A stretch of DNA of 40,000 nucleotides from Deferribacter abyssi (GCF_049472655.1 NZ_JAQNCS010000010.1:45392-85391), one strand, 5' to 3'. Counted from the stretch's first letter, positions 1 to 10,520 are shown. Notes: generated by a model not told the origin, from the sequence alone. Numbers and translations: made by a program.

Positions 1-828
1 CTTGAAATTAACTCTAGAACTAATAGTTTTGTGATTACTGATATAAAATCGTCAATTGATAAAGCGCGTGAATTGTTAAAAGAGCTTGACAAGAAAACTC
101 CACAAGTAACAATTGAAGCAAGAATAGTTGAAGTTTTAGATACAAATAATATTAACTTGGGTATCCAATGGGGTGGAAATTACAATGTTAATTCTACATC
201 TATTAATTTTCCAAATACAATCACAATTAATGGTAATACGGGAACTACTGGGATTGGTGGATCTGGATATATAGTAAATTTACCTGTTGGTACCCCAGCA
301 GGGGCATTGGCATTGTCACTTGGTAATTTATCTAGGACTTTTAATTTAGATGTAGCTTTGTCTGCTCTTGAAAGTCAAAATAAGGTAAGAACTATTTCTA
401 GTCCAAGAATTACTACATTAAATAATCAAGAAGCTGAAATCAAAAGTGGTGGAACTGCTATTATTGTACCTACAGGTGACAATACTGAAACTCAAGAGGT
501 TGATGTTGGTATTAAACTAAAAATTAAACCACATATTACTCAAAATGGGATGGTATTTTTGGATATTGAAGTTGAAAAGAGTTCTTTAGGTTCAGTTACT
601 GCGAATACAGCTACTACTGAAGAGAAAAAGGCTAAAACACAGGTGTTATTAGAGAACGGGGAAACAACAGTAATAGGTGGTATATATGAAGATGAAAAAT
701 CTGAAGTGTACCAAGGTGTTCCGTTTTTAAGCAAAATACCGATAATCGGTGCATTATTTAGAGCAAAATCGAATACAGCAACCAAAAAGGAGTTATTAGT
801 ATTTATAACACCTAAAATTGTAGAGTAA
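1..828 (+). CDS. Secretin C-terminal part (PilQ/GspD type), 5' end outside window
   Basis: The frame is open from base 1, with no stop before the listed Met at 31. It carries the C-terminal secretin signature GVPFLSKIPIIGALFR...LLVFITPKIV. Confidence 0.8.
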   Translation, partial: LEINSRTNSFVITDIKSSIDKARELLKELDKKTPQVTIEARIVEVLDTNNINLGIQWGGNYNVNSTSINFPNTITINGNTGTTGIGGSGYIVNLPVGTPAGALALSLGNLSRTFNLDVALSALESQNKVRTISSPRITTLNNQEAEIKSGGTAIIVPTGDNTETQEVDVGIKLKIKPHITQNGMVFLDIEVEKSSLGSVTANTATTEEKKAKTQVLLENGETTVIGGIYEDEKSEVYQGVPFLSKIPIIGALFRAKSNTATKKELLVFITPKIVE

Positions 829-1935
829 ATGAAAATTTTTTTGGTAACAGGTGAAGAATCTGGAGATATACATGCATCAAATATGATCCGTCATCTTTCA
901 CTGATGGCGGATTTTTCTTTATATGGTACAGGTGGAGATAGATTAAAAGATCTTGGCCAGATACAATATTTTCATATAAATGACATGTCCATAATAGGTA
1001 TAGATGGTATCATCCGTAAAATTCCGTTTATTATAAATTTATTCAAAACATTGAAAAGAAAGCTTTTAGAAGTTATGCCTGATGTTGTAATTTTAGTAGA
1101 TTATCCTGGATTTAATCTTAGATTTGCAAAATTTGCAAAAGAAAATGGTTTTAGAGTTATATATTATATTGCTCCTCAGGTTTGGGCGTGGCATTATAGT
1201 AGAATAGAAAAAATTAAAAGATATGTTGATTTAGTTTTATGTATATTACCTTTTGAGGAAAACTTATTTAAAGAAGAAGGGATAAATGCTAAATTTGTTG
1301 GAAATCCTATTATTGATAATATGAAATATAAAATTAATAATAGAAGTGATTTTATGAATTTATTTTCATTAAATAAGGATAAAAGGATTATAGGAGTTCT
1401 ACCAGGTAGTAGAGTTAAAGAAATAAAATCATTAATGCCAGTTATAATGCAAGCCATCAAAAACCTTAAAAATGAATTCCAGTTTGTAATAGCTAAAGCT
1501 GATAATGTGGATAAACTAATCTTGCATTCATATGTTGATAAAGAAAAAATTCCAATTGCAACAGGTTATAATTATGATGTAATGAAATATTCGGACTTGT
1601 TGTGGGTTTGCTCTGGTACTGCTACGCTTGAAAGTGCTATTATTGGCACTCCGTTAATTCTTATTTACAAAGTTGGGAAAATTACAGAGATGCTTGGGAA
1701 ATTATTTATTAAAACAAAATATATTGGTCTTCCTAATATTGTGACTGATAAAGAGGTTGTCCCTGAGTTGTTGCAAAACAGTTTAATTCCAGAAAATTTG
1801 ATCGATTATACCTTTAAATTAATTGATAACTATGAGTATTATAAGAGTGAGTTGTCGAAAATTGGAGAAATTTTTTCCATTTATAATCCCTCCCAGCAAG
1901 CTGCTCAGGAAATATATTCCTTTTTAAATAGTTAA
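829..1935 (+). CDS. lpxB: Lipid-A-disaccharide synthase
   Basis: 368 aa with the N-terminal motif KIFLVTGEESGDIHASNMI typical of LpxB. The ATG directly abuts the upstream stop. Confidence 0.85.
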   Translation: MKIFLVTGEESGDIHASNMIRHLSLMADFSLYGTGGDRLKDLGQIQYFHINDMSIIGIDGIIRKIPFIINLFKTLKRKLLEVMPDVVILVDYPGFNLRFAKFAKENGFRVIYYIAPQVWAWHYSRIEKIKRYVDLVLCILPFEENLFKEEGINAKFVGNPIIDNMKYKINNRSDFMNLFSLNKDKRIIGVLPGSRVKEIKSLMPVIMQAIKNLKNEFQFVIAKADNVDKLILHSYVDKEKIPIATGYNYDVMKYSDLLWVCSGTATLESAIIGTPLILIYKVGKITEMLGKLFIKTKYIGLPNIVTDKEVVPELLQNSLIPENLIDYTFKLIDNYEYYKSELSKIGEIFSIYNPSQQAAQEIYSFLNS

Positions 1936-2057
1936 TTTCTTGAAATTATTTTCTATTATTTATTAATAAGTTGTCCTGCTAGATGTTTCGCAGTGTTTTA
2001 AAGTGAAATTAATAAATATTGGCATTTATTTTTCTATGTATATGGTGGAGGTGTGCT

Positions 2058-3137
2058 ATGGAGCAAGCATTAATTAATATTAATGATATCATTTCTAAAA
2101 AACCTAGAACACAACTAAAACTTAATAAACCAAACTCAGTTGATAATGAAAAATTTCATAAAATTTTTAGTAATAAGCTCGATGATAATGAGGATAATAA
2201 TACAAAAGAAAATCAAGCTGATATTCAAAATATAATCTCATTTTTACAAAAGATATTAGAACAACTTAATCTGGAAATTTCAACAGAAAGTATTGAGAAT
2301 ATTAAAAGTGCAGAAAATTATGCTGAAGCAAAAAAAATAATGAAAGAGATGCTGTTAGAGCTTGGGGTTTCTGATGAAGAAGTGAAAAAGATATTAAGTG
2401 ATATTGAGAATATTAAATTTAAAAAAATAGTGAATGATGAAACTTATTTGTTGTCAGAACAGGTTGATAAGGAGGATTTAAAGAATGAGGCTGTAAATGA
2501 AATGGAAAAAACAGTAAGGAATGCCAAAAATACACAACACATTGGTAACGTTTTAAAAAAAGGGTTAGATGCCAAGCTTGTTTTTGATAAAAAGAAACTA
2601 TTATCAGAACATTTTTTAAACATAAATAAAATAAATTTTCAAGGGAATAAACAAGAAATAGACTTTAGATCTGATCAGTCGTTGCTATATCATTCAAATA
2701 GTCAAGATAATAATGTGTTAGTTAAAGTTGAAATTAAAGTTGAAAAGCCAGCTGATATTTTGAAGTTTGTTGATTATTTGAAAATGGTAAATATCAAAGG
2801 TGGTCAAAAAATCGTTGTAAAACTTCATCCTGAGCATCTTGGAAATCTAAGAATTGAAATTAGCGATGTTAGCGGAAAAATGACAGCAAAACTTTTTGTT
2901 GAATCTCATGAAGCAAAAAATTTACTTGTAACACAAACTGATTTAATTAGACAGCATTTAGAAGCTAAAGGAATAAATTTATCAAATATAGATTTTGGAT
3001 ATTTGGCTGATGATTCACCTAAGGAGCAGTTTAATCATAGGGATGCTAAGAATAATTTTAAAAATGAAAATAGGGTTTCGGAAGAGGTTTCTATAAATAA
3101 AAAAGAGGAAGATTATAATAATGCGCTTTATGCGTAG
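2058..3137 (+). CDS. fliK: Flagellar hook-length control protein FliK
   Basis: C-terminal Flg_hook-like block KLHPEHLGNLRIEISDVSGKMTAKLFVESHEAKNLL. GGAGG lies 7 nt upstream of ATG 2058. The gene sits before flgD/flgE. Confidence 0.75.
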   Translation: MEQALININDIISKKPRTQLKLNKPNSVDNEKFHKIFSNKLDDNEDNNTKENQADIQNIISFLQKILEQLNLEISTESIENIKSAENYAEAKKIMKEMLLELGVSDEEVKKILSDIENIKFKKIVNDETYLLSEQVDKEDLKNEAVNEMEKTVRNAKNTQHIGNVLKKGLDAKLVFDKKKLLSEHFLNINKINFQGNKQEIDFRSDQSLLYHSNSQDNNVLVKVEIKVEKPADILKFVDYLKMVNIKGGQKIVVKLHPEHLGNLRIEISDVSGKMTAKLFVESHEAKNLLVTQTDLIRQHLEAKGINLSNIDFGYLADDSPKEQFNHRDAKNNFKNENRVSEEVSINKKEEDYNNALYA

Positions 3138-3146
3138 GAGGGTCAA

Positions 3147-3809
3147 ATGATTTATAATACAAATAATATAACTACCACTTTGTATTCGATGGATACTAAC
3201 CGGGAGCCTAAAAAAGAGCTGGATAAAGATGATTTTTTGAATTTGCTTGTTGCTCAACTGAAATATCAGGATCCGATGAATCCTCTAGATAATAATGAGT
3301 TTATTGCACAGACTACGCAGTTTTCATCTCTTGAACAATTAATAAATATATCTGAAAAATTTGATAAACTTATTGATGATCAAGAGAATAACAATCTAAA
3401 TTTGTTTTCTGCTGTAGGGTTTATAGATAAGACAATTACTTTTTATGGCAATAAATTTAGTGCAGGGGAAAATGGTGCAGAATTGAAATTTGAATTGTCA
3501 GGTGAACCAAAAGATACTGTCATAAAAATTTATGATGAAAAAGGGGCTTTGATTAATGAAGTAAGTTTTAATGCTGTGAATGGTGAGAATTTTTTTAGCT
3601 GGGACTTAACGGATAAAAATGGTGTTAAATTACAACCAGGTTATTATTCATACCAAGTAATTGCAAAAGATAGTGATGGAAATGAAATACCGGTAAGGCT
3701 ATATTCTTCCGGTAAAGTAATCGGTATTCTAAAAGATGGTAATGATACTTTATTTGATTTGGGTTTTACACATGTTAAACCTGAAGAAATAGTTTCCGTA
3801 TATAATTAA
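3147..3809 (+). CDS. flgD: Flagellar hook capping/assembly protein FlgD
   Basis: Motif DDFLNLLVAQLKYQDPMNPLDNNEFIAQTTQFSSLEQL. Confidence 0.9.
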   Translation: MIYNTNNITTTLYSMDTNREPKKELDKDDFLNLLVAQLKYQDPMNPLDNNEFIAQTTQFSSLEQLINISEKFDKLIDDQENNNLNLFSAVGFIDKTITFYGNKFSAGENGAELKFELSGEPKDTVIKIYDEKGALINEVSFNAVNGENFFSWDLTDKNGVKLQPGYYSYQVIAKDSDGNEIPVRLYSSGKVIGILKDGNDTLFDLGFTHVKPEEIVSVYN

Positions 3810-3828
3810 GAATTTTGGAGGTGTATAG

Positions 3829-6300
3829 ATGCTAAGGTCATTATATGCAGGAATTACTGGGTTGAATGAGCATCAAAAAAGTATGGACGTTATTGGTAAT
3901 AACATAGCTAATGTGAACACAGTAGGATATAAAACTTCTAGAATTATATTTCAGGATTTGTTAAGTCAAACAATTAGTGGTGGAAAAGCACCTGCAGGGA
4001 ATCTTGGTGGGATTAATCCAAAACAAATTGGGACAGGAACTTCAACAGCGTCTGTTGATACAATTTTTACTCAAGGGACTCTTCAAAATACAGGTGTTAC
4101 GACAGATATGGCAATACAGGGGAATGGTTTTTTTGTTGTAAGAAGTGAGAATGAAAACCAAATGTATTATACAAGGGCAGGAAATTTCACTTTTGATAAA
4201 GATGGGTATCTTGTAACTCCTGATGGTTTTATAGTTCAGGGATGGATGGCTGATGCTACAACTGGTGAAATATTAACAGATACAGAGGTTTCTGACATTC
4301 AGCTTTCTTCTGCTTATACAAGTGTACCTGCAAGGGCTACTGAAAATGTCTCACTTGTTGGAAATCTTGATACCAGAGCTGAACCAACTATTTTAGAATT
4401 TCAACCAATGATGACAACTGCTGCAGATAATGATAATATTTTTGATCTTTTTAGTTCAGAGGGCTTAAAATTAGATCTTGTGGATGGTGAACCTGTTAGG
4501 ATAAAAGCACATGCTACTGAAATAACAGATATGGCTGCAGTATATAATTCAAGTGATGTGAGTATAGGTTTAGATTCAAATCCAACATTAAATTTAATTG
4601 TAAACGGTAATAGCTATACACTTACATATTCATCTAATTCTACAGCTGATACGGCAAGTAATGACTATTTGTTTCATTCACTCCAAGGACTGGCTGCAGA
4701 GCTAAAAAATATTTTAGAAACAGAAGCAGGAGCTGGAAACAATTATAATGTTACAATAAATAGTGGGAAAATTTTAATAGAGAGAGATTCTGCGAATAGT
4801 GATACAACGGTTATTAACTCATTCTCAGGAAATGCGAATCTTGCTGCTTTGCTTCAACCTCTTGTTGGAACTTATTCTTCTGTTACAGCAAGTAGAAGCA
4901 GTGATGAAATTTTCTATGAGAAAATCTTAAATGCTGGAAGTGATTTTACTAATTTGGGAGAATTGGCAGTTCAGATACAAAATGCTATTAGTAATAATGT
5001 GTCGTCTGGTTTTACAGTAGATTATAATACAACAAATGTAGGCAAGTTTACATACTTAAATACAGGTATAGGTGCATATGACATTACAGGCTTTACAATA
5101 GATAAAGCTTATAGTGGTACTGTCTTTGAGTCCAATATGGTTACTACAAATACAATATCTGCTGGTAATTCTGCTGAAAGTAATTTATTTTTGAGATATG
5201 CGAAAGAAACTGATTCTTTGGATAATTTATACACTAACTCTGGAACACCTCTTGGTCTTGATACAAATGCAACAATTCAATTTGATGCACAAATTGGAGG
5301 CAATCCACCTAATGGGAATGGCGTTAGTAATATAAGTGTAGCTGGTAATACGATTGGTGATTTAATGAATGCTCTTGAAGGATATATGGGTATACCAGCT
5401 AACAGTATTGAAATTGTGGATGGAAAAATTAAAGTTACTGGGGAAAAAGGTGTGCCAAATAGTATTGATTATATAAACTTTACAGCAACAGGCCCTGGTT
5501 CTTACACCACCTTTGTTGACTATATGAAGTATCAAACCTTACAAAATGCTTCAGGTGGTCAACTCATTACAAGTCAGACAATTTATGATGCTCAGGGTAA
5601 TCCTCATGTTGTCAATTATGATTTTACACTTTTTGATGAAGCTAACAATGAGTGGATGCTGACCATAACACCTGCAGATAATGCCGATTCCATAACAATC
5701 GATGGAACTACAGGTAACTCAGTTATTGTAAGATTTAATCAAGATGGATCATTTCAAGGAGTATATGATCTTTTTACAAATAACATATTATCTAATTTGG
5801 CCTTTACACTTTCTCCTGGCAACGGTGCTTCTGTTATAAGTGGAGTAAATGTAAATTTAGGGACTTCAGGGAATTATGATGGGATGACATTGTCAGCTGC
5901 TCCTTCAACAATTACTGAAACTGATCAGGATGGTTATCCGATGGGGGCACTGGAAAGATTATCTGTTAATGATGCTGGAGAAATTGTAGGTTCTTATACT
6001 AATGGTGAGATAAAGTTGATTGCACAAGTGGGAGTAGCAATTTTTACTAATCAGGAAGGTCTTTTGAAAGTAGGAGATACGTTGTTTGCTGAAACGCCAA
6101 ACTCTGGACAGGCAGCAATCGGTCGTGCATCTACAGGAGGTAGAGGTACTATTGCTTCTGGTGCTCTTGAAAACTCCAATGTTGATCTTGCAAGAGAGTT
6201 TGTAAACATGATTACAACTCAAAGGGGGTTTCAGGCCAATTCAAGAGTTATTACAACCAGTGATGAACTGTTACAGGAATTGATGAATTTGAAGAGGTAA
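3829..6300 (+). CDS. flgE: Flagellar hook protein FlgE (long form, 823 aa)
   Basis: N-terminus MLRSLYAGITGLNEHQKSMDVIGNNIANVNTVGYK and C-terminus LENSNVDLAREFVNMITTQRGFQANSRVITTSDELLQEL. A large S/T/N/G-rich central insert is present. Confidence 0.9.
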   Translation: MLRSLYAGITGLNEHQKSMDVIGNNIANVNTVGYKTSRIIFQDLLSQTISGGKAPAGNLGGINPKQIGTGTSTASVDTIFTQGTLQNTGVTTDMAIQGNGFFVVRSENENQMYYTRAGNFTFDKDGYLVTPDGFIVQGWMADATTGEILTDTEVSDIQLSSAYTSVPARATENVSLVGNLDTRAEPTILEFQPMMTTAADNDNIFDLFSSEGLKLDLVDGEPVRIKAHATEITDMAAVYNSSDVSIGLDSNPTLNLIVNGNSYTLTYSSNSTADTASNDYLFHSLQGLAAELKNILETEAGAGNNYNVTINSGKILIERDSANSDTTVINSFSGNANLAALLQPLVGTYSSVTASRSSDEIFYEKILNAGSDFTNLGELAVQIQNAISNNVSSGFTVDYNTTNVGKFTYLNTGIGAYDITGFTIDKAYSGTVFESNMVTTNTISAGNSAESNLFLRYAKETDSLDNLYTNSGTPLGLDTNATIQFDAQIGGNPPNGNGVSNISVAGNTIGDLMNALEGYMGIPANSIEIVDGKIKVTGEKGVPNSIDYINFTATGPGSYTTFVDYMKYQTLQNASGGQLITSQTIYDAQGNPHVVNYDFTLFDEANNEWMLTITPADNADSITIDGTTGNSVIVRFNQDGSFQGVYDLFTNNILSNLAFTLSPGNGASVISGVNVNLGTSGNYDGMTLSAAPSTITETDQDGYPMGALERLSVNDAGEIVGSYTNGEIKLIAQVGVAIFTNQEGLLKVGDTLFAETPNSGQAAIGRASTGGRGTIASGALENSNVDLAREFVNMITTQRGFQANSRVITTSDELLQELMNLKR

Positions 6301-6389
6301 AATGATGATTGATATTTCGTTTTTATCCGTATAAATTTTCTTTGAAAGTTATTGTTTTTTTAATTATAATTTCTTAGGAGTGGGATGAT

Positions 6390-7154
6390 ATGGATATAGC
6401 TACCCTTATTGGTATTGTTCTTGCTTATGTATTAGTGTTTATATCTCTTTTAATGGGACCTGGCGTAGGGGTGTATATTGATATCCCCTCTGTGTTAATC
6501 GTTATTGGTGGTACATTTGGTATAATTTTTATGAACTATCCAATGAATAAGGTTTTTAACATTATTGCGATTGTTATGAAAACATTTCTTTTTAAAGCAG
6601 AAGATCCTGCAAAACTTATAGAGCAGCTAGTTAATTTTGCAGTTAGAGCAAGAAGAGATGGGATTTTAGCCTTGGAATCTGCTGAAAATGAGATTAGTGA
6701 TGAGTTTTTGAAAAAAGGGATTAGGCTGGCTGTTGATGGTACTGAACCTGAAGTAATAAAATCTATTTTAGAGACAGAATTATCTTATATGGAAGAAAGG
6801 CATAAAGAGGGTGTTGGAATACTTGAAAGCATTGCAGGTTTTGCTCCAGCTATGGGGATGATTGGTACTCTGATTGGTTTGGTAGCAATGCTTCAAACTA
6901 TGAGTGATCCCAGTTCTATTGGTCCAGCAATGGCTGTGGCATTGCTTACAACATTTTATGGAGCAATAATTGCTAACCTTTTTGCTTCACCATTGGCTGG
7001 TAAATTGAAAACTCGTTCTGCAGAGGAAATTTTATTGAGGGAAATAATGATTGCTGGTATTATGGCTATACAAGCTGGAGATAACCCAAGAATAGTGGAG
7101 CAAAAGCTTAATGCATATCTTCCTCCAAAAATGAGAAAATCACAGTTTGAATAG
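6390..7154 (+). CDS. motA: Flagellar stator protein MotA/PomA
   Basis: 254 aa polytopic membrane protein of MotA/TolQ/ExbB type. It lies directly upstream of motB, with a GGAG SD. Confidence 0.85.
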   Translation: MDIATLIGIVLAYVLVFISLLMGPGVGVYIDIPSVLIVIGGTFGIIFMNYPMNKVFNIIAIVMKTFLFKAEDPAKLIEQLVNFAVRARRDGILALESAENEISDEFLKKGIRLAVDGTEPEVIKSILETELSYMEERHKEGVGILESIAGFAPAMGMIGTLIGLVAMLQTMSDPSSIGPAMAVALLTTFYGAIIANLFASPLAGKLKTRSAEEILLREIMIAGIMAIQAGDNPRIVEQKLNAYLPPKMRKSQFE

Positions 7155-7161
7155 GTGATAT

Positions 7162-7911
7162 ATGGCAGAAAAAAAATGTGAAGAATGTAAAGCTGGAGCT
7201 CCAGAGTGGATGGTAACATTTTCGGATATGACAACATTGCTTTTGACTTTTTTTGTTTTGCTTTTATCAATGGCGTCCCTTGATCAGAGGAAGATAAAAG
7301 AAGCTCTTGGCTCTCTTCAGGGTGCACTTGGCGTACTTGAAGCAGGTAGAAAGTCAGAAATGGGAAAGGAAGAGATATTGTCAAAGATGGATTTTGTGCA
7401 GCAGATAAAAAAGACCCAAAATCAGATGTTAGCAGGGTTGAGGAATTATATAGAACAGGCTAATCTTAGCAGTCAGATTTCGGTAGTAAAAACAGATAAA
7501 GGTATTTCTGTAAGAATAATGGACTCTGTATTGTTCGAACCTGGGAGTGCTGATATTTTACCTTCTGCTATACCAATTCTTGAAAAGCTTGCGGCAGTAA
7601 TGAGAGATACTCCTTACAATATTTTAGTAGAAGGTCATACTGATGACATACCTATTCATACTCCGAAATTTCCTTCAAACTGGGAGCTTTCTACGGCTCG
7701 AGCTGTATCAATTGTTAAGTTTTTAATAAGTAAAGGAGTAAAGCCTGAAAAACTTAGCGCTGCAGGATATGCTCAATATCATCCTTTAGTACCGAATATT
7801 ACTCCAGAAAATAGAGCTAAAAATAGAAGAGTTGAGATTAATTTTGTAAGTCCTGAGCTCGCTGAATCAAATAAAAATATCTTTGAAGAAAATAATAGTG
7901 GAGGTTTTTAA
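7162..7911 (+). CDS. motB: Flagellar stator protein MotB (OmpA-like C-terminus)
   Basis: N-terminal motif WMVTFSDMTTLLLTFFVLL. The OmpA-like end reads GHTDDIPI...NWELSTARA...NRAKNRRVEINF. Confidence 0.85.
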   Translation: MAEKKCEECKAGAPEWMVTFSDMTTLLLTFFVLLLSMASLDQRKIKEALGSLQGALGVLEAGRKSEMGKEEILSKMDFVQQIKKTQNQMLAGLRNYIEQANLSSQISVVKTDKGISVRIMDSVLFEPGSADILPSAIPILEKLAAVMRDTPYNILVEGHTDDIPIHTPKFPSNWELSTARAVSIVKFLISKGVKPEKLSAAGYAQYHPLVPNITPENRAKNRRVEINFVSPELAESNKNIFEENNSGGF

Positions 7912-8417
7912 TGGCAGAAGAGGATAAAAATACTCAAGAACAAGAAGAAGGTGGTAAAAAGAAGAAAAAGTCAAAGTTATTTATTATTATAATATTAGTT
8001 GTTGTGTTACTTGCTGGTGGAGGTGCTGCTTATTTCTTTTTGGTAAAGGGTAAAGCAGATAAAAATGGTGGAGATAAAACAAAGGAGAAAAAGCAATCTA
8101 AAGTAGATTCTGGGATTGGACCGTTGTATTCTCTTGATACATTTATAGTTAATCTTGCAGATCCTGGAGGTACAAGGTATTTGAAGGTTACTATGCAGCT
8201 TGAGCTTGATAGTGAGAAGCTTCAGGAAGAAATGGATAAAAGAAAGCCTCAAATTAGGGATGTAATTCTGACAGTTTTATCCTCTAAAACATATGCTGAG
8301 GTTAGTACTGCTCAAGGAAAGCTTGCGTTAAAACAGGAACTAATAAGGAGAATAAATCTTATTTTAACGACTGGAGCAATAAGAAATATCTATTTTACAG
8401 AGTTTGTTGCACAATAG
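7911..8417 (+). CDS. fliL: Flagellar basal-body-associated protein FliL
   Basis: Single TM helix followed by LDTFIVNLADPGGTRYLKVTMQLELD. Operon position also fits. Confidence 0.8.
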   Translation: MAEEDKNTQEQEEGGKKKKKSKLFIIIILVVVLLAGGGAAYFFLVKGKADKNGGDKTKEKKQSKVDSGIGPLYSLDTFIVNLADPGGTRYLKVTMQLELDSEKLQEEMDKRKPQIRDVILTVLSSKTYAEVSTAQGKLALKQELIRRINLILTTGAIRNIYFTEFVAQ

Positions 8418-8424
8418 GTGGAAG

Positions 8425-8715
8425 ATGAAAAATAATATAAGTAAGATAAAAAAGGAGTTTGGAGAAGTAATATTAGATGTAATAGTAGAGTTGGGAAGAG
8501 AAAAAATTACAATTCAAGAAATGCTGGCTTGGCATAGTGGTTCAATTGTAAAGTTAAATAAAACTTCAGGAGAAGCAGTAGATATACTAGTGGCTAATCG
8601 ACCAATAGCCAAAGGTGAGGTTATGGTGATTGATGAAAAATTTGCTGTAAGAATTTCAGATATTTATACATTAGAAAACATTATAGACAAGAAAAGAGAT
8701 GGACTTTATGATTAA
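8425..8715 (+). CDS. fliN: Flagellar motor switch protein FliN (SpoA domain only)
   Basis: Motif VIVELGREKITIQEMLAWHSGSIVKLNKTSGEAVDILVANRPIAKGEVMVIDEKFAVRISDI. Start chosen at ATG 8425. Confidence 0.8.
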   Translation: MKNNISKIKKEFGEVILDVIVELGREKITIQEMLAWHSGSIVKLNKTSGEAVDILVANRPIAKGEVMVIDEKFAVRISDIYTLENIIDKKRDGLYD

Positions 8716-9484
8716 AAAAATCATTTTAGTTTTATTTTTTTTTCTGGTAACTTTTAGTGTTTGGTGTTTTGATTATGATGTAAAAGAAAATTATATGCTG
8801 ATAGATATTAAATTTAAAAATACTCCTAAGCTTATTGATAAAAAAATAAATAGAAACACGTTTTTTTATTTAATTAGTGGTGTAAAAGGTGAGCAGTTTA
8901 AACGGGAGTTTTTAGGTTTACCAGTATCATATGTAAAAGGATACTATGATACAAGCGGAAAGTATTATATAGAGATAAGTTATATAAAGAAAGTTGTGGA
9001 GCCATCTTATAGCATTAAAGGTAATAAAATGGAGATAAAAATTCCATTTAAAGATGGTGGCAGTGCTGAAAATAAAACTAATTCAATGAGTCCATATATT
9101 CGTATAATTGTGGGACTTATTATTGTCTTAATAATGATTGTTTTATCTTTTATAATGTTAAAATTTTTGTATAGAAAAAAACTGCATCAGGTTGTTCCTG
9201 GTGTTGGACGTGTTTTGGGTAAAATGGATTTGATGCCTGGTATTTCACTATTATTTGTGGAATTGGGTTCAATACTTTATATTTTGGCTTATACTAATGC
9301 TTCAGTTACGATTATTGATAAACTCACAGATGAAGAGGAAATTAGTAAGATAAAAAAAGGGTTTTCCAAATATCATGATTTTTCAAGTTATTTGCGTTTT
9401 TTTGGTAAAAGAGTCACAAAAGAAGATATGGAAATTACTAAAACAATTGTAAGGGAGAAGGTTGAATCGTTAAGAAAAAAATAA
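8708..9484 (+). CDS. fliO: FliO-like flagellar export-apparatus assembly protein with extended periplasmic N-terminus
   Basis: Signal-like N-terminus and a central TM helix ([26 protein letters not shown]). A FliO-like block follows ([28 protein letters not shown]). The gene lies immediately before fliP. Confidence 0.55.
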   Translation: MIKKIILVLFFFLVTFSVWCFDYDVKENYMLIDIKFKNTPKLIDKKINRNTFFYLISGVKGEQFKREFLGLPVSYVKGYYDTSGKYYIEISYIKKVVEPSYSIKGNKMEIKIPFKDGGSAENKTNSMSPYIRIIVGLIIVLIMIVLSFIMLKFLYRKKLHQVVPGVGRVLGKMDLMPGISLLFVELGSILYILAYTNASVTIIDKLTDEEEISKIKKGFSKYHDFSSYLRFFGKRVTKEDMEITKTIVREKVESLRKK

Positions 9485-10221
9485 TTCTGCATATATGCTT
9501 ATTAATTATTTTTTCATCTGTTTACGTTTGTGCTGCAGATAATATCCCTTTACCTACATTCCGTTTTGGTGTAGAGACTGCTAAGAATCCAAACGATGTA
9601 GCTGTTACTTTACAAATTATTTTTTTATTAACTATTCTTACTTTAGCTCCGGCAATATTACTAATGGTCACATCTTTTACAAGGATAATTATTGTATTTT
9701 CTTTTTTAAGAAGTGCGTTGGGAACACAGCAATCTCCACCAAATCAGGTTTTAATAGGTCTTGCACTATTTCTTACTTTTTTCATTATGTCTCCAGTTTT
9801 TAGTGAAATGAATAAAAAAGCTTTGCAACCATATTTAAGTGGGAAACTAACTTTTACTCAGGCTCTTGTTGAGGCAAAAAAACCGTTGAGGGAATTTTTA
9901 TTAAAAAATACTCGGAAAAAAGAATTGCTTACATTTATTGAGATAGCAAAAATAAAAAGGCCCAAGACTCCAGATGATATTCCAGATACTGTGATTATTC
10001 CAGCATTTATTACAAGTGAACTACAAACGGCTTTTGAAATAGGTTTTTTACTGTTTTTACCATTTTTAGTTATTGATTTTGTAGTAGCAAGTGTTTTATT
10101 GTCAATGGGTATGATGATGCTTCCTCCTGTTATGATATCGTTACCTTTCAAGATTTTGTTATTTGTATTAGTTGATGGATGGGGACTAATAGTTGGTTCA
10201 TTAGTAAGAAGTTTTTATTAG
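9484..10221 (+). CDS. fliP: Flagellar export apparatus protein FliP; start codon unresolved (no ATG/GTG/TTG upstream of conserved TM1)
   Basis: Conserved FliP core [52 protein letters not shown]. The frame is open from 9466 and encodes a signal-peptide-like [19 protein letters not shown]. The listed Met at 9664 would remove the conserved N-terminus. The start given here is the in-frame ATT. Confidence 0.7.
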   Translation: MLHICLLIIFSSVYVCAADNIPLPTFRFGVETAKNPNDVAVTLQIIFLLTILTLAPAILLMVTSFTRIIIVFSFLRSALGTQQSPPNQVLIGLALFLTFFIMSPVFSEMNKKALQPYLSGKLTFTQALVEAKKPLREFLLKNTRKKELLTFIEIAKIKRPKTPDDIPDTVIIPAFITSELQTAFEIGFLLFLPFLVIDFVVASVLLSMGMMMLPPVMISLPFKILLFVLVDGWGLIVGSLVRSFY

Positions 10222-10244
10222 TAGTATAAAATATAAGGTTGAAA

Positions 10245-10520
10245 ATGACTGTAGACTTTGTTATTGAAATAACCACAAAGACATTGGAGCTAACGTTGAT
10301 GATTGCAGCACCCATGCTAATTTTTGGATTGGTTGTTGGTTTGATAATAAGTATATTTCAGGCTGTAACACAAATACAAGAGATGACATTAACATTCATC
10401 CCTAAGATCCTAGCTGTTGTTGTTGCTCTGATAATTTTTTTCCCATGGATAATTGATAAGTTGATTAGTTTTACTGTCAGTATTATAAACAATATTCCAA
10501 TTTATATAGGGAAATTCTAG
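10245..10520 (+). CDS. fliQ: Flagellar export apparatus protein FliQ
   Basis: About 91 aa with the motif SIFQAVTQIQEMTLTFIPKILAV. Confidence 0.85.
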   Translation: MTVDFVIEITTKTLELTLMIAAPMLIFGLVVGLIISIFQAVTQIQEMTLTFIPKILAVVVALIIFFPWIIDKLISFTVSIINNIPIYIGKF

